Origin: an uncultured Alphaproteobacteria bacterium
GTDB lineage: Bacteria; Pseudomonadota; Alphaproteobacteria; Rhizobiales; Xanthobacteraceae
NCBI GenBank assembly: GCA_963744275.1
Contig: CAVUSX010000019.1
Location: 99,639-163,638, forward strand
Length of the DNA stretch: 64,000 bases
Reading direction: 5' to 3'
Shown: piece after piece, positions 17,234 to 27,037 of the stretch
Position numbering within the stretch: the stretch's first letter is position 1
Layout of the letters: every line of letters begins with the position of its first letter
Notes under the pieces: generated by a model
The model's database searches: none
The model's input: the letters and a program-made list of their open reading frames with translations, nothing else
Told to the model about the DNA's origin: nothing
Made by a program: the position numbers and the translations under genes

Positions 17234-18097
17234 TCACTTCTTCGTTTGACCGAAGAACTTCAGGTCCGGCGGCGGCTGGTCCTTCTTGGCCGGCATCAGC
17301 TCGCCGTCCGCGCTCAGGTAATAGTGCTGCGCGCCGATCTGCACGTGGCTGTTGTTCTCCGCGCAAACGGATTCGCGCCAGACCGGCGGCTGCTGGGCCG
17401 GGTCGCGCTGGTAGTGCTTGGTCACCGTCCAGGGCCGCGTCAGGGCATGATCGTTGATGGTGATCTCGTCATCCAGGAGGTCCGTGCTGCCCTTGGCGAG
17501 ATGGAATCGCTCCTGGATGACGGTCTGGTTGTCCTTGTGCAACGGGATGCCGGCGGCGTCGTAGGTGCGCGGCCCTTTGAAGCCGCGGGTCTCGACCTCC
17601 AGCACGGTGTAGCGGCCGGCGCCGTCCGGCTCGCGCCACTGGCCGATGGAATAGCCCGCGAACGACGGCTCGATGTCCTGCGGCCAGCTGCGCCCATCGG
17701 TGTAGATCCGGCGCGAGTCGTGGATATGCTCCATCAATATGTGCGTGGTTTCCGGCGTGATCACGATCTCCATCGGCTCATAGGCGGTCATGATGCGCGG
17801 CATCCCGGGCGACAGGCAGGTCGAGGTCGGGTCGGTGCCTTGGCCGCCGGCGGCCTGATCGGCGAGATTGGCCTCGAAGATCCGCTGATATTCCGGCGTC
17901 AGCGGCGCCTCTTGGCCGGCACCGGCCGACTTGGTCTGATCGAACGAAGGCTGGCCCGCTACGCCCGGAAACCGCACCCGGCTCCATTGCCCCTTCCAGT
18001 CGGGATATTTGCTCTGGTCGAACGCCAAGGCGCCGGCGCACATCGCCGACAACGCCGCCATGAGCGCAAGGGCACCGATCGAGCCGCGGTAGCGCAT
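17234..18097 (-). CDS. Secreted hypothetical protein, family member 1 (paralog of 33471-34349)
   Basis: RBS AAGGAGG before the ATG at 18097, plus a signal peptide. Shared blocks are YPDWKGQWSR, APLTPEYQ, LADQAAGG, MPRIM, GRYxxLEVETRGFKG, PLHKDN, LTRPWTV and PAKKDQPPPDL. Confidence 0.75.
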   Translation of the reverse strand: MRYRGSIGALALMAALSAMCAGALAFDQSKYPDWKGQWSRVRFPGVAGQPSFDQTKSAGAGQEAPLTPEYQRIFEANLADQAAGGQGTDPTSTCLSPGMPRIMTAYEPMEIVITPETTHILMEHIHDSRRIYTDGRSWPQDIEPSFAGYSIGQWREPDGAGRYTVLEVETRGFKGPRTYDAAGIPLHKDNQTVIQERFHLAKGSTDLLDDEITINDHALTRPWTVTKHYQRDPAQQPPVWRESVCAENNSHVQIGAQHYYLSADGELMPAKKDQPPPDLKFFGQTKK

Positions 18098-18344
18098 GTG
18101 AAGCCTCCTTTGATCAAGCTGCGGCCGGCACGCCGACACGCCCAGCCTTCGTGATCTGCGAGCGTCAGCGCCGGAAAAAAACACCGGCTCATGAGGATGA
18201 GATGCCTGCCGACGGCACTCCGGCGGCCCGTTCGCCCGGCGAGGAACTCGGCACATCCCGCTTCGAGGGCAGCTGGCCAGGAGGATAACGCAGTTGCTGG
18301 TGAATGTGGAAGGCCGGGACGCGCGCCGACCACCGGCGGCGGGC

Positions 18345-19142
18345 TCAGAGCACGGCCGCCGCCAAGCCGGCACTGCCCCAGGCGACGAGCCCGGCGCCGA
18401 TGAGGCGGGCGAGGCCGCGGCCCCAGGGCAGCACCTTCTCGGCCAGCACCACGATCGCGATCGCCGCCATCCAGGCCACGTTCATCACGCCGACGACCAG
18501 CAAGAGGCCCATCAGCGCGCCGCAGCAGCCGAGGCAGGAGACGCCGTAACGCAGTCCCCGGCTGATCGTCCCGGCGGCAGTCTCGGACGCCTTTCCGGGC
18601 GGGGCATCGGTACAGGCGCGACAGGCGAGAAGGCAAGCTCGCTTCAAGGGGGTCAGCTGATAAAGCCCAACGGCGATGAGCAGCAAGGCGGCCGCCACGC
18701 GGCTGCGGCTCGCCATCGTCTCCGACAGGAAACCCGCGGAATCGAGGCCCCACTGCAGCAGCGTGGCTGCGATGCTGAAGCCGGTCCAGACCATGAGATA
18801 GCCGCAGGTGAAGAGGAGCGCCGCGACGCGGCCGCCCGCCGTGCCCCCCGGCTCGCGCGTCGGGCCGGCGACCCGCAGAATGGCGGGCGCCGCGCTCGGC
18901 AGCATCATGGCGGCCATCATGACGACCCACATGAAGAGGACGAGCGCCGCGTAGCCCGCCGTCCATGTGGGCGCCATCAGCATGATCTCGCCGCCGCCCA
19001 TATCCATCTTGTCCATCTCGACGCCGGCGCCGTGCAAGAGATAGAGCCAAGACGCCGCGATGAGCGCCGCCAGGAGGGCCAGCACCACGATCCGGTCGTG
19101 ACGCGCTGCGTCGGGCGGGGCGGCGGTCATTGCGGTCCCCAT
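18345..19142 (-). CDS. DUF2182-family predicted metal-binding integral membrane protein
   Basis: Polytopic. Has MWVVMMAAMMLPSAAP and the Cys-rich C-terminal segment CLLACRAC...SCLGCCG. Lies 15 nt downstream of the DUF899 gene. Confidence 0.6.
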   Translation of the reverse strand: MGTAMTAAPPDAARHDRIVVLALLAALIAASWLYLLHGAGVEMDKMDMGGGEIMLMAPTWTAGYAALVLFMWVVMMAAMMLPSAAPAILRVAGPTREPGGTAGGRVAALLFTCGYLMVWTGFSIAATLLQWGLDSAGFLSETMASRSRVAAALLLIAVGLYQLTPLKRACLLACRACTDAPPGKASETAAGTISRGLRYGVSCLGCCGALMGLLLVVGVMNVAWMAAIAIVVLAEKVLPWGRGLARLIGAGLVAWGSAGLAAAVL

Positions 19143-19157
19143 GCCGGGTTGCGGCGT

Positions 19158-19868
19158 TCAATCCTGATATTCGTCGTGCCGGCGGACCCAGGCTTGGGCG
19201 TGTGGCTTCTGCTCGGCCTCGTCGCGCCCCTTGGGGGTCAGGTCGAGGTAGTGATAGGCGCCGTTGAGCATGTCCACGCCGCGCTGGTAGCATGAATAGG
19301 TATGAAATAGTCCGCTCGGGTCCTGATGGAAAACGCTGATCCCGACGGTTTCGGTTTCAAACGGCTTCTGACGGGCGTAATTCCAAATGGCGCTTCCCTC
19401 CGCCATCTGCTCGGGCGTGAACGACACGCCGAGGTCGTAGTTGAAGTCGCTGCCGAACGAGGACACCCACTTGAAGCCCCAGCCCATGCGCCGCTTGTAG
19501 GCTTCGAGCTTTGCGAGCGGCGCCCGCGAGACGGCGAGCAGCGTGGTGTCGCGATGCTTCAAGTGAACGTCGATGCCGTTGAAGTTGTCGGCCCAGAACG
19601 AGCAGCTCCTGCACCCCGCCTCCCAGGCCGGATCGAACATGAAATGGTAGACGATGAGCTGCGATTTTCCCGCGAACAGGTCGGACAAGGTCTCCTTGCC
19701 GGAGGGCCCGTCGAAAACGTAAGTCTTCTCCACCCGCTCCCAGGGCAGATCGCGCCGCTGGGCGCTCAGCTGATCGCGCAGCCGCGAGAGCTCCTTCTCC
19801 TTGATCAGGAGCTCTTTGCGCGCTTCGATCCACTGCGCGCTCGGTACGATCTTGTGCGGCTCGGCCAT
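19158..19868 (-). CDS. DUF899 thioredoxin-like family protein
   Basis: WIEARKELLIKEKELSRLRDQLSAQRRDLPW and the CRSCSFWADNF motif are typical of DUF899. Confidence 0.7.
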   Translation of the reverse strand: MAEPHKIVPSAQWIEARKELLIKEKELSRLRDQLSAQRRDLPWERVEKTYVFDGPSGKETLSDLFAGKSQLIVYHFMFDPAWEAGCRSCSFWADNFNGIDVHLKHRDTTLLAVSRAPLAKLEAYKRRMGWGFKWVSSFGSDFNYDLGVSFTPEQMAEGSAIWNYARQKPFETETVGISVFHQDPSGLFHTYSCYQRGVDMLNGAYHYLDLTPKGRDEAEQKPHAQAWVRRHDEYQD

Positions 19869-19987
19869 GCGGTGTTCCGTTGCGGTTGGCGGCGGGCGTG
19901 GCGGCGGGATATAGCGAAAATCGGCGCTTGATCAATTCGCCACGGTCCATATAGGCTCGCCGGCATCGTTGTGGAGTTTCACAATCC

Positions 19988-21310
19988 ATGGGACCGCCGC
20001 CCGCCGGGGCCGACGCTTTGATCAGCCAGTGGGGCCGGCGTTTCCGCCAGGATGCGCTGGCGGCCGCGGTCGTTGCCGGCCTGGCGCAGCGCAGCAACGA
20101 GATTTGGCGGGGAACGTTCGAGCTCCTGCAGCGCGAAAGCCCCGAGTATCGCAATTCGGTGGATGACGAGTTCACCGAGGAATCGAAGGCGCATTGCAGC
20201 GAGCTGTTGCGCGCCATCGTCGCGCTCGCGGCCGGACGGGGGCGCAAGTCCGGCGGCGATGCCTTCGGTTTCGTGCGCACCCATGCGATATGGCGCGCAC
20301 GCCACCAGGTGCCGCTGATCGCGTCGCTGCACGCCTATCGCCTCGCCCACAAGACCTATTGGGGGATCACGCGCGAGCAATTGCTGCGGCATCCCAGGCA
20401 AGACGAGGCCATTCGCTCGTTGACCCTGCTGTCGGATTTCTGGCTCGAATTGTTCGATCATGTCGGCGCCGTGCTGGCGGAAGCGCATGCGGTCGAGGAG
20501 GGCCTGATCGTCGCGCAGGCCACCCGCACCTATGGGGGCCTGATCGACGACCTGTTGGGCGGACGCGCACCCAGAGACGCGCAGGCGCAGCGGCTGTGCG
20601 CGCTCTGCGGCATTGCGCCCGGCGCCGCCATGGCGGTCGTGGTCGCCCGACCGCTCCAGGCGGGCAACGGTCACGTCGATCTCGAGGTGACGCTGCGCTC
20701 GCTGGTGCGGCTCATCGAGCAGGTGCTGCCCGCGGCCACCTTCGGCAAGCTGGCGGACATCCGCGACGGCGCGGTCACGGCGATCGCCTGCAGCGCTACG
20801 GATACGGGGCGCGGCGTGCTTGCGGCCTTGCGCCGGAACGGCCTCGCGCGGCGGGTCCGTGACAGCGTCGCTGCCGCAGTCGGGATCAGCCTCGACACGA
20901 GCGAGATCGGCGGTCTGCCGGCGGCGCTCCAGGAAGCCCGCCTGGCGCTCGACTTCGCGAGCGCCACCCGGCCGCTCATGCATTTTTCCGATATCGATCT
21001 GCCGGAATTTCTCATCCGGCGCGCCGGCAGCGCCGCCTTTCGCCTGGTCCCGCATTGGGCGCGTCATTTCTGCCCGGGCGACGATGAGCCGGCGCGCGCG
21101 CTGGCGCGCACGATCCGCGCCTTCGCGGATTGCAATTTCAACGTCAAGCGGACCGCGCGGCGGCTGGGGGTTCACACCAACACGGTCTATTTTCGGCTCA
21201 ATCGCATCAAGAAGCTCACCGGCGTCGATGCCCGGACTTATGCCGGGACGTCGCTCCTGCTGACGGCGCTGCGGCTGACCGAAATCCAGGGCGACGCCCG
21301 GCCGGGTTAG
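19988..21310 (+). CDS. PucR/CdaR-family transcriptional regulator
   Basis: C-terminal HTH FADCNFNVKRTARRLGVHTNTVYFRLNRIKKLTGVD. Divergent from the DUF899 operon. Confidence 0.75.
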   Translation: MGPPPAGADALISQWGRRFRQDALAAAVVAGLAQRSNEIWRGTFELLQRESPEYRNSVDDEFTEESKAHCSELLRAIVALAAGRGRKSGGDAFGFVRTHAIWRARHQVPLIASLHAYRLAHKTYWGITREQLLRHPRQDEAIRSLTLLSDFWLELFDHVGAVLAEAHAVEEGLIVAQATRTYGGLIDDLLGGRAPRDAQAQRLCALCGIAPGAAMAVVVARPLQAGNGHVDLEVTLRSLVRLIEQVLPAATFGKLADIRDGAVTAIACSATDTGRGVLAALRRNGLARRVRDSVAAAVGISLDTSEIGGLPAALQEARLALDFASATRPLMHFSDIDLPEFLIRRAGSAAFRLVPHWARHFCPGDDEPARALARTIRAFADCNFNVKRTARRLGVHTNTVYFRLNRIKKLTGVDARTYAGTSLLLTALRLTEIQGDARPG

Positions 21311-21352
21311 GGCAAGGCTCCGTCACGGGCGCGCTGCAGCAGCGCGGCGCCT

Positions 21353-21625
21353 CTAAAATCGCTCCTTCACGTCCGAAAGATGCGCCCAGGCCAACCATTC
21401 CTCCCAGCTCGTTTTCAACGCGGCCTCCGCCTCATCGAGCGTCGCGGCGACGCCGGATAGCCGCAGGTTCTTGGGTCCGCCCGGAACGCCGTTGAGTGCC
21501 CAGATGTAGCGCGGCTCCGGACCCGAAAAGGAAGGCCGCTTGTCGATGCGCCCGATCTGCCATTCGCCGTGCATGGCCAGCTGGTCGTTGGGCGAGCTGG
21601 CATCCGGTCGCAGCACTAAGGCCAT
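21353..21625 (-). CDS. Small conserved hypothetical protein (90 aa)
   Basis: RBS GGAGAC before the ATG at 21625. MALVLRPDASS...GEWQIGRIDKRP...TLDEAEAALKTSWEEWLAW. Confidence 0.5.
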   Translation of the reverse strand: MALVLRPDASSPNDQLAMHGEWQIGRIDKRPSFSGPEPRYIWALNGVPGGPKNLRLSGVAATLDEAEAALKTSWEEWLAWAHLSDVKERF

Positions 21626-22140
21626 GGTGTCTCCAGGTGTGGGGATGATGGTTTGTTTGCTGCAACCGCGCGCACTGGGAGCTGTCCGTGAGCGGTCTCC
21701 CCGGAACCGCATAATCGCACGCTTGCATGCACCGGTCCAACCCTGCATCGCATGAGCCTCTCCGGCTCAAGGAATTCGCGCGGAACAACGTCCGCGTCGC
21801 CGGATGGTTCCTTGAAGAAGGCTGCGGCGGGTGCGCTCGGGAAGAGCCCCGCCTCCATGCGGCTCCGTGATGCCTTTGGGGCGGGAGCTTCGACCCGCGC
21901 TTCGGGCAATGAATACGCTCCGCATGGTTAATCGCGGCAGCGGGTGTCAGGAGACCGCAGCGGACCTCGATACCGCTCGAATCTGCTGAACGCAGCGAAT
22001 TCCAGCTCATAGGTTCGCGAGCGTCCCGCGATTTCAAGGAGATCCTCGCACCCGATGCGGTGGCGGCCCGGACGGCGGTTAAAGTCTTGTTTAGGCGCCG
22101 GCGGTTAACTCGCCGGATGTCGGGGCGTATCAGCGCGTAC

Positions 22141-23080
22141 ATGTCTGCGGCGGCCGTGCTGTTCCGCCCGCGGATCTATCCGCGGGCGATGGCGCTGATG
22201 CTGCTATGCCTCGGCGCTGCCGGTTGCAGCGCCGATCCGAACGGCGATCCATACCGACGGCAGTCCGAGGCGACCGGCTCCTTCCGGCCCGACCGGCCGT
22301 CGATGGCGCAAGATCTTCGCCCGCCGATGCCGCTGCTCGAAGAACCCGCCATCCGTCCGGTCGCGGTGCGGCCCGCCGATGCGGGCACCTACGAACGGGA
22401 CCGCTCAAGTCATGCTGCCGCCACCACGGTGCGTTTGCCCGCCCCAAAGCCGACGATAGCGAGCCGGCACGCCACCGCGCTCGCCGAGGCTGCCAAGCCC
22501 AAGCGTGTCGCGCCCGAACCAAAGACGCATGGCCGCGATCTCCAGCATCGTGGCGGATGCGAAGCGCGTGAATGCGCAGCCCGCGAGCGAGAGCGGGGTC
22601 GGTCGGCAGGCTCCCCCACCACCGGCGCAACCCGCTCCCGCGCCGTCGCCTTCCATCGATGCCTCGACGCCCATCGGATCGTTGAAGGCCGCAGAGGCCG
22701 GGTCGACGTTCAACTGGCCGGTCCGCGGCCAGGTCATTGCCGGATTTGGCGCCAAGATCAACGGCCAACCAAACAACGGCATCGACGTCGCGGTTCCCGA
22801 GGACACGCCGGTCAAGGCGGCGGATGACGGCGTCGTGCTCTATGCCGGCAACGGGCTCAAGAGCTACGGCAATCTCCTGCTGGTGCGCCACCCCAACGGC
22901 TACGTCACGGTCTACGCCCACGCCAAGGAGCTCTTGGTCAAGGTCGGCGACGAGATCAAGCGCGGCCAAACCATCGCCAAGTCCGGCCGAACCGGCGATG
23001 TCGATCGGCCGCAGGTTCATTTCGAGATCCGCAAGGCGTCCGCGCCGGTCAATCCGTTGCCGTATCTCAACGGGGCGTAG
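22141..23080 (+). pseudogene. M23-family (NlpD-like) lipoprotein peptidase, N- and C-terminal parts in different frames
   Basis: The lipobox LLCLGAAGCS is in frame 1. The M23 domain (NGIDVAVPEDTPVKAADDGVVLYAG...LLLVRHPNGYVTVYAH...GRTGDVDRPQVHFEIR) is in frame 2. The frameshift lies somewhere in 22460-22700. Confidence 0.7.
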
Positions 23081-23252
23081 CGCTGCTCCGGGCCTAGCCG
23101 CGCACGTCGGCTCTCGTTTCCGGAATAGATACGCGCTCGATCCGCTCCGCCCTCGCAGCCCGGCCGGCCGACACGGCTCGGCAATCCCTTTGAACCCGGG
23201 GAGCGTGACCTTCGACTAACCTCGACGGATCTCTGCTGGGCACGTCGTCGAG

Positions 23253-23921
23253 ATGCTGCATTTCACGCGCCGAAAGGACCTGTTGGCGGGCTGTTGCGGC
23301 GCGCTGGTGCTGGGTTTGGCCGGTGCCATGCTGGCGCCGGCGGCCGCGCAGTCGATCGGCAGCGCCCACACGGACTATGACACGCGGGCGTGCGCCCATA
23401 AGGCCGGCCGGGCGGTCGAGGACTATGGCGAATGGCGCTGCAAAGGGCTCGACGGCATGGCGGTGTTCCTGAGCGCCGGCGACCAGCGCATGACCATGAG
23501 CTTCGGTCCGCGCGCGCGCGACGAGCCGGCCGCCGGCGAGACCCTGCAGGGCTTCAACGACGTCTACAAGGCACGCATCGAATGGCGTATCGCGCGCGAA
23601 GCGGGCGGACATGCCCGACCTTTCGCCACGATCGTGCGCTGGAACACCTTCTTGTTGGACGAGGGCACCGACCTCGCCGATGCGCCCCGGCCCAAGACCA
23701 TCGACGGAAAGGTGCTGGTGGTGACCCGGCTCGGCCCGCACGGCGTATGCCACGTCGGCTACGTGGATGCGCTGGTCAATCGTGACGCCGACGCGCTTGC
23801 CCGCAAGATCGCCGACCAAAGCGCCCGCTCGTTCCGCTGCGATACCGACCGGCCGATCATCCTCGGAGAAACCGGCCCGGGTTTCAGCTCCACCAGCAAG
23901 GCCGGGAAGGTCGACCGATGA
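23253..23921 (+). CDS. Secreted Cys-containing hypothetical protein
   Basis: Signal peptide LAGCCGALVLGLAGAMLAPAAAQ. Codon usage is consistent with the neighbours. I could not assign a family. Confidence 0.5.
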   Translation: MLHFTRRKDLLAGCCGALVLGLAGAMLAPAAAQSIGSAHTDYDTRACAHKAGRAVEDYGEWRCKGLDGMAVFLSAGDQRMTMSFGPRARDEPAAGETLQGFNDVYKARIEWRIAREAGGHARPFATIVRWNTFLLDEGTDLADAPRPKTIDGKVLVVTRLGPHGVCHVGYVDALVNRDADALARKIADQSARSFRCDTDRPIILGETGPGFSSTSKAGKVDR

Positions 23922-23955
23922 AATTCCCTGCCATCGTGGCGGCGCTAGCGGTTCA

Positions 23956-25002
23956 TCAGGGCGGTTGCGAGCCGACCGCCGCCGGAGTTGGGGGCCCGCC
24001 CTTCTGCTCGGTGGTCAGCTCGGTATTGGTCCACCCCAAGAGCTCGGCCCGATCCGCGGGCAGGCGAAAATCGTAAGCCCCGACCTTGGCCATGACGGCG
24101 TCGGCACGCGGGCGCGCGGCGTCGTTGGCGGCCTCGGCCGACAGCTGCACCCAGCCCTCGGTCGGCTCGCCCGCCGCGGTGACCGTAAGCCGCAATCCGT
24201 CCCCGAAGTCGGCCACCATGTGGCGCGCGTCATCGGCGGGCTTGGATCGCTTGCGCACATCCTGGAACGCGAAGCTGCCGATCATGCTGGCGAGCCGGCC
24301 CACCTTGAAAGTATCGGCGACGCGCTTTTCCGGCACGTTCTCGAGCGTGAGCTCGCCCGGCTTTCCGGCGCTCGCCGTCGCGCTCACGCCGTCGCGGCCG
24401 CCGCCCATCACCTCGATCTTCTTGATGTCGTCGCCCTTGAGGCCGAGATCGAGGCCGGCGAACCAATCCGACCGGTTGGCGGGCAGCCGCACATTGCCGC
24501 GCGCGAGCCAGGTTTGCGGCTGGCCCTCGAGCCGGACGAACTCGCCGCCCAACGCTCCTCCGACCGTGTTGTCGCGATTGCCGACCACGAAATCCGCGAG
24601 ATTTCCGCTCCCCGCCCGTATGGTGATCTCCTTGCCGCCATCGGCGGCGCCCGGATCGGCGAGGCCGAGATCGGGATAGCGGGCCGGATCGCTGGTGCGG
24701 GCCTCCTCGAAGGAGAGCTCGAGGCTGCTGGCGATGAGGTCGCGCACCGTGTCGGCCTTGACCGGAAAGCCCGAATCCGCCGCCACGAAGCCGGTATCGC
24801 GGCGCTCGATCGCCAGCGTATCTGTGCCCTGGCGCACCACCACCCCGGTGATCTGGTTGGTCTTGTCGATCAGCCCCGGCAGCACGCGCTCGCCGCGGTG
24901 GTCGGACGCGATGCCGGCCGTGCTGGTGCGCAGCACCACCGCGGTCGCCCCGACGCTCACGGCGGCGAGCAGCGCCAGGATGGTGAGTTGCCGCCTGTTC
25001 AT
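23956..25002 (-). CDS. DUF4340-domain protein (last gene of the ABC-2/GldG operon)
   Basis: The ATG at 25002 overlaps the upstream stop (ATGA). Single N-terminal TM segment MNRRQLTILALLAAVSVGATAVVL. Position after GldG is typical. Confidence 0.65.
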   Translation of the reverse strand: MNRRQLTILALLAAVSVGATAVVLRTSTAGIASDHRGERVLPGLIDKTNQITGVVVRQGTDTLAIERRDTGFVAADSGFPVKADTVRDLIASSLELSFEEARTSDPARYPDLGLADPGAADGGKEITIRAGSGNLADFVVGNRDNTVGGALGGEFVRLEGQPQTWLARGNVRLPANRSDWFAGLDLGLKGDDIKKIEVMGGGRDGVSATASAGKPGELTLENVPEKRVADTFKVGRLASMIGSFAFQDVRKRSKPADDARHMVADFGDGLRLTVTAAGEPTEGWVQLSAEAANDAARPRADAVMAKVGAYDFRLPADRAELLGWTNTELTTEQKGGPPTPAAVGSQPP

Positions 25003-26981
25003 GCTTCCTCTCCCGCCTTGGACTTGACCGGCAGCGGCCGGCGCGGCCGTCGCAGCGCCAGCCCCAGCACGAAGATGGCCACCACCACCGGAACGACGCC
25101 GACATTGAGCGCCGTGATCCAGCCCTTGAGGTCGTCGACGTCGCGGCGCAAGGCGAACTGGACATCGCGCAATTGCGAGCGGATGCCGAGCAGCTGGGCA
25201 CGGAAGCCTTCGATCGCCTTCAGCTGCTCGGGGGTCAGCACGTCGTTGCCGCCTTCCTGCGCCTTCGGCAATTCGGACAGCTTCTGCTCGGTGTCCTTGA
25301 GCTGCTGGGTCAGCTCCTGCTCCTTGGCGCGGTAGCGGCTGTCGGCATCGGCCTCCATGCGCTGGATCAGCTCGAACGGACGCCATGAGACGCCGCGCCC
25401 ACGCAGGTCCGCGAGCGCGGTGCCGCCGGCCATCTCCTCGATCGCATTGGTGACGAAATCGCCGTTGTTGGCGAAGGCCTGCGCGACCTGCTGGCCGAAC
25501 ATCGATTGCTGCTGGATCCAGTTGCGGTCCATCAGCATGTCGGCATCGCCCACCAGGATGACGTTGACGGGTTTGGTGGAACGTTTGATCGTCGCCGCCG
25601 CGCCTTCATCCGGCTTCGCGGCCTCCGGCTTCGCGTCCTTCGGCGCCCCGTCCGGATAGGCGCTGTCGAGCGTTCCGGACAGCCGGGCGGCGAGGATCGG
25701 CGGCTTGGAAACCCTGCTGAAGCCGACCATCAGGCGGCGGGGATCGGCGCTATGGTCGCCCGCCAGCGCCGCATCGAGCAGCACGGCCGAGCTCGACGCC
25801 TGCAGGAGCGGCCGCAGCGTGACGCCGTCCTTGCTGGTCTCGAAGGCGCCCGCGGTCGTCATCACGATGGCGGACAGCTGCGCCAGGATCGCCTCGTCAT
25901 GGGAGAGCGCATCGCCGCGCAGCGCGAGCCAAGGCAGGTTCTGCGCCTGCACCGGCCGGCCCCCGACATCGCGCTCGGTCTGCAGCGCATAGACCGGGTC
26001 GCCCACCGCATGCGAAGTGTCGAACTTGACGCCCCAGGCCTTGAACAAGGGCTCCAGCGTCGAGCTCGGATCCGGCGGCGGCTCGCCCTGCGGGCCGATC
26101 TGATTTTCCGCATGGGGATCGACGAAGATCATCGCCGCATTGCCCCCCAGCACCCATTGATCGATCGTGTAGAGCGTGCGCGGGCTCAGGTTCTGCGGAT
26201 GCACCACCATGAGCACGCGGGTTCCCTCGGGCAGCTTGTCGACGTCGCCCGTGATCGGCTTGACGTCGAAGAACTGCTTCATCTGCACCAGCACCTGCTG
26301 CTCGGGCAGCCGCAGCATCGGATTGCCGGCGAGCCCGAGCCCGTCGAAGAGCGCCACCACCGGCTTGCCGCGGCGGCCGAGCTCGGAGACCAGCCGCGTG
26401 AGGTCGTATTCCAGGAAGGCCTCGCGATCGGGCGAGAACACCCCGATATTGGCGTTGCCGGTGGTCGAGTTGGTGGCGGCGAGCCCGAAGAACAGCCGCT
26501 CCCCGTTGGTGCCGGTGAAGCTGTCGATGCCGAAAGCGACCGCGCGATCCTCGTCCTCCGAGAACGGCCGCGGATCGATCACCTCGAGCACGATGTGGCC
26601 GTTGGACGCCGCCACATAGGCGTCGAGCAGCGAGCGCACCCGCGCCGCGAAGGCAGCCAATTGCGGCGCCTGCTTGGTGAGCTCGGACGACATGAACATC
26701 CGGAAGCGCACCGGCTCGTTGAGGCCGGCTAAGAGCGAGCGCGTTCCCTGGCTGAGCGAATAGAGGTGCTGCTGGGTGAAGTCGATGCGCAGCGGACCCA
26801 GCACCTGCGCGCTGATCAGGTTGACGCACACGAAGATCACCGCGCCCAGGATCGCGGCCGCGATCGCGATGCGGCCGGTCGCGGACGCAGCTCGGCCCGA
26901 AGATGGCCTGCCCGAAGACGGGTGGCCCGGAGGCGGCTGGCTGGGGGAGGGGGGCGGATTGGGGCTTGCTTGGTCGGACAT
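24999..26981 (-). CDS. GldG-like auxiliary component of an ABC-2 transport system
   Basis: ATG at 26981. An N-terminal and a C-terminal TM helix bracket a large domain. DFTQQHLYSLSQGTRSLLAGLNEPVRFRMF is typical of GldG-family proteins. Confidence 0.7.
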   Translation of the reverse strand: MSDQASPNPPPSPSQPPPGHPSSGRPSSGRAASATGRIAIAAAILGAVIFVCVNLISAQVLGPLRIDFTQQHLYSLSQGTRSLLAGLNEPVRFRMFMSSELTKQAPQLAAFAARVRSLLDAYVAASNGHIVLEVIDPRPFSEDEDRAVAFGIDSFTGTNGERLFFGLAATNSTTGNANIGVFSPDREAFLEYDLTRLVSELGRRGKPVVALFDGLGLAGNPMLRLPEQQVLVQMKQFFDVKPITGDVDKLPEGTRVLMVVHPQNLSPRTLYTIDQWVLGGNAAMIFVDPHAENQIGPQGEPPPDPSSTLEPLFKAWGVKFDTSHAVGDPVYALQTERDVGGRPVQAQNLPWLALRGDALSHDEAILAQLSAIVMTTAGAFETSKDGVTLRPLLQASSSAVLLDAALAGDHSADPRRLMVGFSRVSKPPILAARLSGTLDSAYPDGAPKDAKPEAAKPDEGAAATIKRSTKPVNVILVGDADMLMDRNWIQQQSMFGQQVAQAFANNGDFVTNAIEEMAGGTALADLRGRGVSWRPFELIQRMEADADSRYRAKEQELTQQLKDTEQKLSELPKAQEGGNDVLTPEQLKAIEGFRAQLLGIRSQLRDVQFALRRDVDDLKGWITALNVGVVPVVVAIFVLGLALRRPRRPLPVKSKAGEEA

Positions 26982-26983
26982 GT

Positions 26984-27037
26984 TTGCTTGCTCGGATAGT
27001 ATTGCTTGTTCGGATTTGATTGCTTGCCCGGATTTGG
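26984..27037. repeat. Three tandem 18-bp repeats filling the permease-gldG intergenic spacer
   Basis: TTGCTTG recurs at 26984, 27002 and 27020. The units are ttgcttgctcggatagta / ttgcttgttcggatttga / ttgcttgcccggatttgg. Confidence 0.85.

Noticed and set aside
26984-27037. Could the 18-bp tandem repeat be a CRISPR array or minisatellite-encoded peptide?
   Set aside because: The repeats are directly adjacent with no spacers, there are only three units, and no cas genes are present. The ORF that reads through them is the upstream extension of the gldG-like frame, beyond a well-placed ATG at 26981.
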